Shown piece after piece: positions 56,892 through 64,000 of a stretch of 64,000 bases of DNA (position 1 is its first letter; every line of letters begins with the position of its first letter). The notes under the pieces are model-generated. The model was not told the origin of the DNA and made no database searches. It was given only the letters and a program-made list of their open reading frames with translations. Location: positions 7,024 to 71,023 of the forward strand of contig JASFNW010000004.1 in the NCBI GenBank assembly GCA_050116835.1, written 5' to 3'. Origin of the DNA: Desulfobacterales bacterium. Its GTDB lineage: Bacteria; Desulfobacterota; Desulfobacteria; Desulfobacterales; JAHEIW01. Made by a program: the position numbers and the translations under genes.

Positions 56892-57848
56892 TTATTCAGC
56901 TTCACACGCATGATGTTCGTGATCTGCGCAACCGCAGGTGGATGCGAGTTCAGATTTTAAATCTGCGTGTGCCAGATCCCACCAGAGGGGATTGATGCCA
57001 ACAGGCGGGAATTCGTTGCCTGCAGGGTTACTGCAAGCCCAATGCTTACCTGCATGTTGAAAAACGATTTGCTCTTCGGATTCCAGCTGTGAGTGCCAGA
57101 GGGTGTGCACCCATGTATTAGTGTCGACTGGATTTGCAAACAGCACGCTGGTCGACCATTGCTGGATGTCAGTGCACACCCGACTCGCCGGGGTTTGATG
57201 GGGTCCAATAATGGTTTCAAACCCCGGAGAACGGGTTGCACCGATAAAGGCCGGTGGCTGTTTTGCATAAAAGGCGTACAGGCTAACCAGGCGGTCAAAA
57301 AGGGGATATCCGATTTGCCAACCGGGTATATTGCGAATGCGGCTTTTTTCAGGCAGATGATTTGCTGAACCGGTTTCTGCGCTTAAGGACGACCATCTCA
57401 GAAAATCAAGGCTGTCAAAGGTAAACAGCGCAACTGATTCGGCAGCATCCAAAGCAAATGAGATGCTGCCGATCGCAAAAAAGGCCTCGGGTATTTCTTG
57501 TTGTGTCTCCAGCCGCGGCGTATGGGTGTGGTCGAACAGGTCACTGTTGACAATTTCCCGTTCCCGGGGAGAAAATGCATTAAACACCCCGGCCGAAACA
57601 TAGGGATAGCATTTGACCGCAAATCGGCCCGCATACAGGGTCTGATCGGCGGGTTGGATGGCCTCACCTTCCTCAAAGACCAGTGCATAAACCCCGGAGG
57701 CGCCGTCGATCCAGACATACCACTCCGGCCGGTCTGCCCAGACCTGACTGACGCCGGCAAGGTCGAGCATTTTTTGCACCTGCTCGACCCAGGAAGCGGT
57801 GATCAACAGGCTTTCCACTTTAGTACGAAAAAAGCTGTCAAGATCCAT
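56892..57848 (-). CDS. Hypothetical protein with C-terminal Cys/His-rich tail
   Basis: About 318 aa from the ATG (Met5 of the track ORF, preceded by GGGGG). Ends in STCGCADHEHHACEAE. It overlaps the upstream 94-aa ORF by 11 nt. Confidence 0.5.
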   Translation of the reverse strand: MDLDSFFRTKVESLLITASWVEQVQKMLDLAGVSQVWADRPEWYVWIDGASGVYALVFEEGEAIQPADQTLYAGRFAVKCYPYVSAGVFNAFSPREREIVNSDLFDHTHTPRLETQQEIPEAFFAIGSISFALDAAESVALFTFDSLDFLRWSSLSAETGSANHLPEKSRIRNIPGWQIGYPLFDRLVSLYAFYAKQPPAFIGATRSPGFETIIGPHQTPASRVCTDIQQWSTSVLFANPVDTNTWVHTLWHSQLESEEQIVFQHAGKHWACSNPAGNEFPPVGINPLWWDLAHADLKSELASTCGCADHEHHACEAE

Positions 57849-58122
57849 ATTCGCCCCCACCGTGTTTTTTAAAAAGCTCCTTGACGATGTCGTTTTTTTC
57901 GCGCCCTTCGGTTTCGATTCCGTGTCGTTTGGCGGTTTCCAACAATATATCGTCCGGATAGGCCAGGGTCAGGGCATAACTGGATTCGTATGATTCAAAA
58001 TAGCGCTCAAAAGTGTCTTGCTGCTCGGCCTCGCGCATGCCTTCCTGGAAGCCGGAAACCACCTTCCCCACCTGGCGCAGCCAGCCGCGCCTGAAAAAAA
58101 GACGTTTGTTTTGATCCACCAT
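57838..58122 (-). CDS. Hypothetical small protein (94 aa)
   Basis: Its ATG lies 1 nt after the stop of the upstream membrane-protein gene, and its 3' end overlaps the next gene. This tight coupling argues that it is real. Confidence 0.45.
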   Translation of the reverse strand: MVDQNKRLFFRRGWLRQVGKVVSGFQEGMREAEQQDTFERYFESYESSYALTLAYPDDILLETAKRHGIETEGREKNDIVKELFKKHGGGEYGS

Positions 58123-58123
58123 G

Positions 58124-59350
58124 TTATTCTTCCTGCTTTTTCAACGGCCAGCCCGCGAAAAATTCACTCTGGATCATGATGATGCTTAAAAACAACAGGA
58201 TCCAGACCAGCGGCGTATCCCCCGGCTGGGCAAAACCGGGCACTTTGGCCAGAAAAAACGTGGCCAGGGGCGAATAATAAAAGGCATAAAACAATAGCCC
58301 GCCGGCAACGGCAATGGCGGTGCGAATGATCGCCCGTGCCCAGATATTGGCCATGTTGGGAAAATTGCCGAAGTAGTTTTTCAGAATAAATGCGGCCAGG
58401 ATGAAAAATCCGGCCACCTCGCCGGCATGGATAAACCGAAAATCAGGGCCGTCGGTGTATTGACCGCCCATAAACGGTTCGTCCCAGACCGCGGTAAAAA
58501 TTTTGAGCAGGATCCACATCATAATCCAGCCCATGACGAGCGTGGCCGCAAAGGTGACAATCCCTTTGACAAAGTTACCCTCGCCGTCTTTGTCCATGAG
58601 TGACCAAGGTTTGCCTTCCCAGAGAAGACTGGAGGCCACAATCCAGAATAAAGAGCACAGTACCAACCCCAGCCCGACAAAGGCACTGCCGGTCTCGCAA
58701 AATCCCTCCCACCAGGGCGACACGCCGGCTTTGGATTGGGCCGGATAAAACAGGTAGCAGACATGGGGATGAAACAAGATGATGTAAATGAGGCTGACAA
58801 AAACCAGGATCGCAAACAGGCGTGACCACGCCAGGGTGCCACGCCCCACATTTTGCCACGGCCAGCTTCCGAAGCCCAGATTCCAGAATAGCGCGACCCA
58901 CAGAAAGGCGGTAAAAAAATAAACAATGGCCGTCGAGGTGCTTTCACGCGCCACATAGGGCTCAGCTCCGGTGCCCCCTGCAGCAACAATTGATTGAGGG
59001 CTGAAATAGGCAATGCCCAATTTGCCGATAAAATACCAGAATATCACATAATGGATAAACAGCATCAAAACAAAGGCCACCACGGTCAGCAAAATACCGC
59101 GACCGACCCGGTTGCCGTCGGTTGAGGGTTTTGCAAAAGGGTAATAGCCGGCCACATTGGCGACCAGCACGATCGACGACAACATCACCACCAGCAGGGC
59201 AAATCCGTACATGGGGGTGTAAAGCTTCATGACGGTGTTCGGATTCATGAAAATGTACCACAGCAGCCACACAATTCCGAAGACCACCACAAAGTTGATG
59301 AGCCCAAATCCGTAATTAAACCTTTTCTCTGCGTTTATAGTGGTATTCAT
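58124..59350 (-). CDS. Polytopic integral membrane protein (about 10-12 TM), family not recognised
   Basis: 408 aa, very hydrophobic and Trp/Phe-rich. No transporter signature that I can name. Confidence 0.6.
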   Translation of the reverse strand: MNTTINAEKRFNYGFGLINFVVVFGIVWLLWYIFMNPNTVMKLYTPMYGFALLVVMLSSIVLVANVAGYYPFAKPSTDGNRVGRGILLTVVAFVLMLFIHYVIFWYFIGKLGIAYFSPQSIVAAGGTGAEPYVARESTSTAIVYFFTAFLWVALFWNLGFGSWPWQNVGRGTLAWSRLFAILVFVSLIYIILFHPHVCYLFYPAQSKAGVSPWWEGFCETGSAFVGLGLVLCSLFWIVASSLLWEGKPWSLMDKDGEGNFVKGIVTFAATLVMGWIMMWILLKIFTAVWDEPFMGGQYTDGPDFRFIHAGEVAGFFILAAFILKNYFGNFPNMANIWARAIIRTAIAVAGGLLFYAFYYSPLATFFLAKVPGFAQPGDTPLVWILLFLSIIMIQSEFFAGWPLKKQEE

Positions 59351-59381
59351 AAAATCACCTATCTAACATGTTGATGGTCAA

Positions 59382-59422
59382 GAAGAGAAAAGAAACCGCA
59401 TGGTGACGGCTCTTTTCTCTTC
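59382..59422 (-). promoter_or_regulatory. Intercistronic 12-bp perfect-stem hairpin
   Basis: gaagagaaaaga (59382-59393) pairs perfectly with tcttttctcttc (59411-59422) across a 17-nt loop. It lies between the MBL-fold gene and the membrane-protein gene. Confidence 0.55.
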
Positions 59423-59446
59423 GTTTCATGCTGCCCATGGGACTGT

Positions 59447-60553
59447 TTAAAAAACGACATGATCGCCGTTGGTCAGAAAAACGTTGCTGGCTTTCGCCAC
59501 GGCAGAGGTTTGCTTGTATTCCTTGTACTTGTCCGTACCCTTGACCACCGGCACCCCGGCTGCAGCGGCCTTTTCGGCCCAGATCCAGCCGGTGCAGTGA
59601 TTGCACCCCAGCTTTTGAATCTTGAAGGCCTTGACGCCTTTGATGATGTCATCGAATTTGGGCTCCCAGGTTTCAAACAGGGAAATGTGCAGCCCGCCGT
59701 AGCAGCCGTAGGGCTGATAATCCTTGAAGTTTTTACGCGCATAAGAAAACAGGGACAGAATGCCCGGATGGCAGCATCCGGTGACCGTCACGATTCCTTT
59801 ATCCTTGACATTGAAATACAAGACGTTTTCCCCGCGCACCCGCAACAAAATGGGGACATCAAACATTCTAACCGCCACCCCGGGCATCAGACGATAAATA
59901 CCTTCACCTTTTTCACCGTCCGGGTCGCATTGCACCAATTTGCCCTTGTGGGGATAATCATTTTTGCAAATGTGCATCATCTCGCCGGTATTTTTGTCCT
60001 TGGCTTTATGATGGGCCTTGTCTTTTAATAAGGCCATATCTTCCGGGTAATGGGTTTTGGGCACGTACATGGGGATATCCTGTTTGCGTTTGAGCGTTGA
60101 TTCGATGCCCCAGAGATGGTCCAGATGCCAGTGGGAGAGGACCATCAGTTCAATTTCGCCTTTTGTGAGCATATTGCCAACATCGCTTTTCTCATCATAG
60201 ATATAATCCATCCAGTCGTTGTTCCAACCCGTGTCCATCAAAATTTTGCGCTCGTTGCCATCCAGAGTTGTCACCGTAATCAGGGCCGAATAGCCGCCTG
60301 CATTGTCCCATTGCCAAGGGATGGTGTACTGGTTGGTCATGGCCCCGCCGTAGTCCACAATGTCCTTTTTAAACATATCATTATTAAACCAGCTGGTCTC
60401 AGTCAGCACATCGATGCGCACGCTTTTGATTTCGCCAATATCGAGCTTTTTCTTAGCATGCGCCTTGCGCGGCAGCATGAAGTTGGCCGCACTGCCCATC
60501 GAGGCTGCCGCACCGGTGGCGGCAATTGATTTTAAAAAGGTTCTTCGTTTCAT
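59447..60553 (-). CDS. Tat-exported MBL-fold metallo-hydrolase (COG1237-like)
   Basis: Twin-arginine signal MKRRTFLKSIAATGAAASMGSA...AHA. HxHxDH motif LSHWHLDHLWG. Confidence 0.75.
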   Translation of the reverse strand: MKRRTFLKSIAATGAAASMGSAANFMLPRKAHAKKKLDIGEIKSVRIDVLTETSWFNNDMFKKDIVDYGGAMTNQYTIPWQWDNAGGYSALITVTTLDGNERKILMDTGWNNDWMDYIYDEKSDVGNMLTKGEIELMVLSHWHLDHLWGIESTLKRKQDIPMYVPKTHYPEDMALLKDKAHHKAKDKNTGEMMHICKNDYPHKGKLVQCDPDGEKGEGIYRLMPGVAVRMFDVPILLRVRGENVLYFNVKDKGIVTVTGCCHPGILSLFSYARKNFKDYQPYGCYGGLHISLFETWEPKFDDIIKGVKAFKIQKLGCNHCTGWIWAEKAAAAGVPVVKGTDKYKEYKQTSAVAKASNVFLTNGDHVVF

Positions 60554-60597
60554 GCGAATTCCTCCTTATGCGTGAATAATTTTAAAATACGGACTGT

Positions 60598-60942
60598 CTA
60601 ACCGGCTTCGCGCTCGAGTCCTTTGCGCAGGTCATAGAGCAAGTCGATGATCATCTCGCTTTCCTGCAGGGACAGGTCCAAACCGTAGCCGTGCATTACG
60701 TTAACCACCAGGTGCCAGTCGTCCCGGGTTCGTCCCGGCAGCTCGGGATTGGCGACCGAGTCATGGCAACCCGTGCATTTTGCCTGATACACCTGGTAGG
60801 CTTTCATGTGATCCATATTTTTGGCTTTATCACCGGCCACTACGCTCGGGCTCTGTATAACCAGCAGCACCCCCAGTGCGCAGATCAAACAAACGGTCAG
60901 CAACCAAAAACGTTTAGATGTGAATAGATTTTTGTTTGGCAA
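60598..60942 (-). CDS. Membrane-anchored monoheme cytochrome c
   Basis: Single CTGCH heme motif. N-terminal hydrophobic anchor. RTRDDWHLVVNVMHGYG resembles the heme domain found in quinohemoprotein-type c cytochromes. The TTG at 60942, preceded by AAAGGAGG, is preferred over the track start at 61014. Confidence 0.7.
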   Translation of the reverse strand: MPNKNLFTSKRFWLLTVCLICALGVLLVIQSPSVVAGDKAKNMDHMKAYQVYQAKCTGCHDSVANPELPGRTRDDWHLVVNVMHGYGLDLSLQESEMIIDLLYDLRKGLEREAG

Positions 60943-61070
60943 TATGCGCCTCCTTTCTGTTAATTGATTGGCAATGATAGAGGCGATTCGGACAGACCTC
61001 CCAGAGAGACGCAAAAATCTCCTTTTTCCAAACCACCCGCCTATTTGTACGACCTTTTTATGGTCTTATT

Positions 61071-61086
61071 GGCAATATCCATGCCA
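61071..61086 (-). promoter_or_regulatory. Sigma-54 (-24/-12) promoter
   Basis: The minus strand reads TGGCATGGATATTGCC, against the consensus TGGCAC-N5-TTGC. It lies upstream of the cytochrome c gene and next to a divergent sigma-54 activator gene. Confidence 0.6.
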
Positions 61087-61135
61087 GCAACCGGGCTACG
61101 CAATAAGCTGCCAATATTATGAGAGATAGGCTTTA

Positions 61136-61159
61136 TGTCATTAAAAATTTGTATTGACA
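61136..61159. promoter_or_regulatory. Inverted repeat TGTCA-N14-TGACA, candidate enhancer-binding-protein site
   Basis: It lies 50-90 bp upstream (relative to minus-strand transcription) of the -24 element, inside the divergent intergenic region. Confidence 0.35.
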
Positions 61160-61250
61160 TATGGGGCAAACTGCCCTACAAGGGAACAAATCGCATCCAT
61201 TAAAAAGTATTGAAGGAACAATTCTCACCTTCTTGATAAGGAGAGCGGTA

Positions 61251-62597
61251 ATGAATACCCCCGGCGCTTCTAAACATACCGATTACCAATCCATCCTCAA
61301 CAGCATCACCGATGGTGTGCTCACTGTCGACCGCAAAATGATCATTACCTCGTTTAATCGGGCAGCCGAAAAAATTACCCGGGTAAAACAAACAGAAGCT
61401 ATCGGTCGCCATTGTTTTGAGGTCATGCGGGCGGAAGTCTGCGAGTCCGGGTGCGCGATCCAAAAAACGTTCAAAACCGGAAAGCCGTGCCGCAATGTGC
61501 CCGTGTTCATCTTGCGGGCAGATAATAAACGCATCCCCATCAGTTTGACGACCGGAATTGTGCGGGATGATCGGGGAAATGCGATCGGGGGGGTGGAAAC
61601 CTTTCGTGATTTATCGGAATTGAACAAACTGCGGCGCGAATTATCGAATAAGCACTCATTTGATGATATCGTCAGCAAAAATCATAAAATGTCGCAGTTG
61701 TTTTCCATTCTGCCGCAGGTGGCCGACAGCCACAGCACGGTCCTGATCGAAGGCGCCAGCGGAACCGGCAAAGAATTGTTTGCCCGGGCCATACACAATC
61801 ACAGCCAGCGGAGCAAGGCCCCTTTTATGGCCGTCAATTGCGGTGCACTGCCCGATACCCTGATTGAGTCAGAGCTTTTCGGCTACCAGGCCGGCGCCTT
61901 CACCGATGCCAAACAAGACAAGCCGGGCCGCTTTGCGCTGGTCCAGGACGGGACCATTTTTCTGGATGAGATCGGCGATATCTCACCTGCCATGCAGATC
62001 CGTTTGCTGCGCGTTTTAGAAAATCGCACATTTTCGCCTCTGGGCGCGACGACGACACAGCAGATGAAAGCCCGGGTCATCGCCGCCACCCACCGCAATC
62101 TGAAAGAAATGATTGTGGCCGGTCAATTTCGGCAAGACCTCTATTTTCGGATCAATGTGGTGGGGTTAAAGCTGCCGCCCCTGGTGGAACGCAAAGAAGA
62201 TATTCCCCTGCTGGTGGATTATTTTATCGAGCGGTTTAACACCCTAACCGGCAAACAAATTGTGGGCATATCCCCGGACGCGCTGGCGGCTTTGGCACTG
62301 TATGATTGGCCGGGCAACGTGCGTGAGCTGGAAAATGCCATCGAGCACGCTTTTGTTTTATGCCTGGACGAATTGATTCGGCTGGCGCATCTGCCTGAGC
62401 AGATCCATCCCCAAAATGAGCCGCTCCGTTTGCCCGCCGAAACATCTCTCAAGGCAATCGAAAAGCAGGCCATCATTCGGGCACTGAACCACAACCACTG
62501 GCGTAAAATGGCCACCGCCCGTGAGCTGGGAATTGATAAAAACACCCTGCGGCGCAAAATCCTGCGCTACGACATCCAAAGGCGAGCCCACCAATAG
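61251..62597 (+). CDS. Sigma-54-dependent transcriptional activator (PAS - AAA+ - Fis-type HTH)
   Basis: PAS region (ILNSITDGVLTVD). Walker A GASGTGKE. ESELFGY. GAFTDA variant of the GAFTGA loop. C-terminal HTH (MATARELGIDKNTLRRKI). ATG at Met31 of the track ORF, preceded by AAGGAGAG. Confidence 0.9.
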   Translation: MNTPGASKHTDYQSILNSITDGVLTVDRKMIITSFNRAAEKITRVKQTEAIGRHCFEVMRAEVCESGCAIQKTFKTGKPCRNVPVFILRADNKRIPISLTTGIVRDDRGNAIGGVETFRDLSELNKLRRELSNKHSFDDIVSKNHKMSQLFSILPQVADSHSTVLIEGASGTGKELFARAIHNHSQRSKAPFMAVNCGALPDTLIESELFGYQAGAFTDAKQDKPGRFALVQDGTIFLDEIGDISPAMQIRLLRVLENRTFSPLGATTTQQMKARVIAATHRNLKEMIVAGQFRQDLYFRINVVGLKLPPLVERKEDIPLLVDYFIERFNTLTGKQIVGISPDALAALALYDWPGNVRELENAIEHAFVLCLDELIRLAHLPEQIHPQNEPLRLPAETSLKAIEKQAIIRALNHNHWRKMATARELGIDKNTLRRKILRYDIQRRAHQ

Positions 62598-62692
62598 TTA
62601 CAATCAAAAATCCGATCTCAGTGGATTCAAAATGTGCGCCTGATTTCAGCGCTGCATGCGTTTCCTCTGGGACCCATCAGCGCCTCGCGGGC

Positions 62693-63136
62693 TTATTCAA
62701 CAGGATATCCTGCTTTTTCCCAGGCTAGCCATCCGCCGTCCATATTCATGACGTTTTCGTAGCCCATTCGGCAGAGGGTGCAGGCGGCCAGGCATCCCCG
62801 TCCCCCCTTTTTGCAGTACATGACAATGTGGGTGCTTTTGTCCGGTACCTTGTTAGGGATTTTAAATTCAATCAGCCCTCTGGGTATATTCACTGCCCCT
62901 GGAACGTGACCCATCTTGTACTCTTTGGGCTCGCGGCAATCTAAAAAAAGATAGCCTCCCTTATCCAGCAATTCTTTTGCTTCCGAAACCGTAACCTCAC
63001 AGATCGATTCTTTGGCCTCGGCCACCATCTCTTCGGTGGTCATTGCTTTTTGTGAGGCTTTTTGTGAGGCGCAGCCGACGATGATCAGGGAAAGCACCAG
63101 GGCCGGAATCAGAATGTATGAATGCTTGTTTTTCAT
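62693..63136 (-). CDS. Rhodanese-domain lipoprotein (sulfurtransferase-like)
   Basis: Lipobox LIIVGC. Rhodanese active-site loop CKKGGRG. ATG at Met15 of the track ORF, preceded by GGAGGTG. Confidence 0.8.
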   Translation of the reverse strand: MKNKHSYILIPALVLSLIIVGCASQKASQKAMTTEEMVAEAKESICEVTVSEAKELLDKGGYLFLDCREPKEYKMGHVPGAVNIPRGLIEFKIPNKVPDKSTHIVMYCKKGGRGCLAACTLCRMGYENVMNMDGGWLAWEKAGYPVE

Positions 63137-63167
63137 GACACCTCCTTTTTTTTGGCCAAACCGCACC

Positions 63168-63998
63168 CTATTCATCAACCTTCTGCGGTACCATCTCCGG
63201 CGGTACGATCACCTTCGCATTGGCTTCAAAATATTCGGGTTTCACGTCATTTTTACTCAGAAAAAGCTGATTGTTACCATGACAGGAATTGCATGATTTG
63301 TTTTGGGGCGTTTGACGTCTGATATTGTGAGGCGTCGCCAGCTTCCATGTGGGCAACGCATCGAAATTCGCCAGCTTGATGTCGGCGTAGTATTTAAACG
63401 TATTCGGATCCACCGGGACATGCCGGACCGTGACAAACTTCTCGGGCCGCTTTTCACTTTGCAATGGATTGCGCCCGATTTTAAAGCTCAGCATCGATCC
63501 TTTGGTTTTATAATAAGCCAGACCCTGTTCATCGCGACCGACATGGCAGGCGTAGCAGTTCTTGTAAGGCATGGAATGACACACCTGACAACTGAGTTTG
63601 CCTTTATGATCGTTGTGCTGGGAGGCATTTTCGGATTTATCGCTGTAGATTTCCGCATGGCAGCTGAGACACTTGGGACTGTTTTCAACCTCGTATCGGT
63701 TGCCATATTGATTGCCGTCCCCGTGCATCTGTTCTGCGGTGTGGCATTTGTTGCACTTGAAATATTTTTCTTTATGAATATCGGGTGGGATCCCTTTGTT
63801 TTTCCCAAAATACTCCTTTTCTAATCGGCTGCCGTGACAGGCTGTGCAGACCTGCTGCATCGGCGGTCTTTTTTGAAAGAGATGCGCCTCCAGAAGCCCC
63901 CCTTCGACGGATTCCGGGCGGCTGATATGGCACTGGCCGCAACTGCTGTGGCAGCCATCACAATGTGCTGCTCTGGCTTCAGTGAGCTTGTCCCGCAT
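63168..63998 (-). CDS. Multiheme cytochrome c (5' end outside the window)
   Basis: Eight CxxCH motifs in the visible 276 aa: CDGCH, CGQCH, CTACH, CNKCH, CLSCH, CQVCH, CYACH, CNSCH. The ORF is open to the window edge. Confidence 0.85.
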   Translation of the reverse strand: MRDKLTEARAAHCDGCHSSCGQCHISRPESVEGGLLEAHLFQKRPPMQQVCTACHGSRLEKEYFGKNKGIPPDIHKEKYFKCNKCHTAEQMHGDGNQYGNRYEVENSPKCLSCHAEIYSDKSENASQHNDHKGKLSCQVCHSMPYKNCYACHVGRDEQGLAYYKTKGSMLSFKIGRNPLQSEKRPEKFVTVRHVPVDPNTFKYYADIKLANFDALPTWKLATPHNIRRQTPQNKSCNSCHGNNQLFLSKNDVKPEYFEANAKVIVPPEMVPQKVDE

Positions 63999-64000
63999 GG

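Noticed and set aside
57838-58122. FFRRGWLRQ near the N-terminus of the 94-aa protein, considered as a Tat signal
   Set aside because: The RR pair is not followed by a hydrophobic h-region or a cleavage motif, so it is not a signal peptide.
1-64000. Search for CRISPR arrays, tRNA/rRNA genes, transposases, integrases, prophage or toxin-antitoxin modules
   Set aside because: I saw no regularly spaced direct repeats, no cloverleaf-like or rRNA-like segments in the intergenic regions, and no ORF with transposase, integrase or phage hallmarks. The scan was by eye only, so small RNAs could have been missed.

Overview
This is a densely coding 64-kb chromosomal window with about 55 CDS on both strands. 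All calls come from reading the sequence and ORF track by eye; no BLAST, HMM or folding was run, and alternative starts were placed by residue offset from the track coordinates. I found no rRNA, tRNA, CRISPR array, transposase or integrase.

Gene content suggests an anaerobic, Desulfobacterota-like (deltaproteobacterial) genome, but that is a low-confidence inference. The supporting genes are LutABC, multiheme cytochromes c, a NifX-like protein, a DUF362-ferredoxin protein and sigma-54 regulation.

Recognisable housekeeping and metabolic genes:
- ilvD and lgt
- lutABC
- a Liv-type branched-chain amino-acid ABC operon extended by ridA and a class-III aminotransferase
- a Pot-like ABC transporter
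- an NMT1-type ABC transporter
- a glyoxylate-shunt operon in the order aceK-aceB-aceA
- an AsmA-family giant protein
- OmpA-family proteins

Candidates for undescribed biology, in order of interest:
1. 17.7-23.7 kb: a translationally coupled operon. It joins a Cache-GAF-cyclase-homology sensor to MlaE, a motif-degenerate ABC-ATPase-like protein, an MlaD/MCE protein and a TPR lipoprotein. Both putative enzyme domains look catalytically degenerate.
2. 56.4-62.6 kb: a sigma-54-promoter-driven cluster with a divergent PAS/sigma-54 activator. It encodes cytochrome c, a Tat-exported MBL-fold protein, an unrecognised polytopic membrane protein, two unknown proteins and a NifX-like protein.
3. 47.7-49.8 kb: a gene pair in which a 262-aa protein carries an orphan CX3CX2C motif and sits next to a radical SAM enzyme with a long N-terminal extension.

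In addition, at least six intergenic nested palindromic elements punctuate operons.
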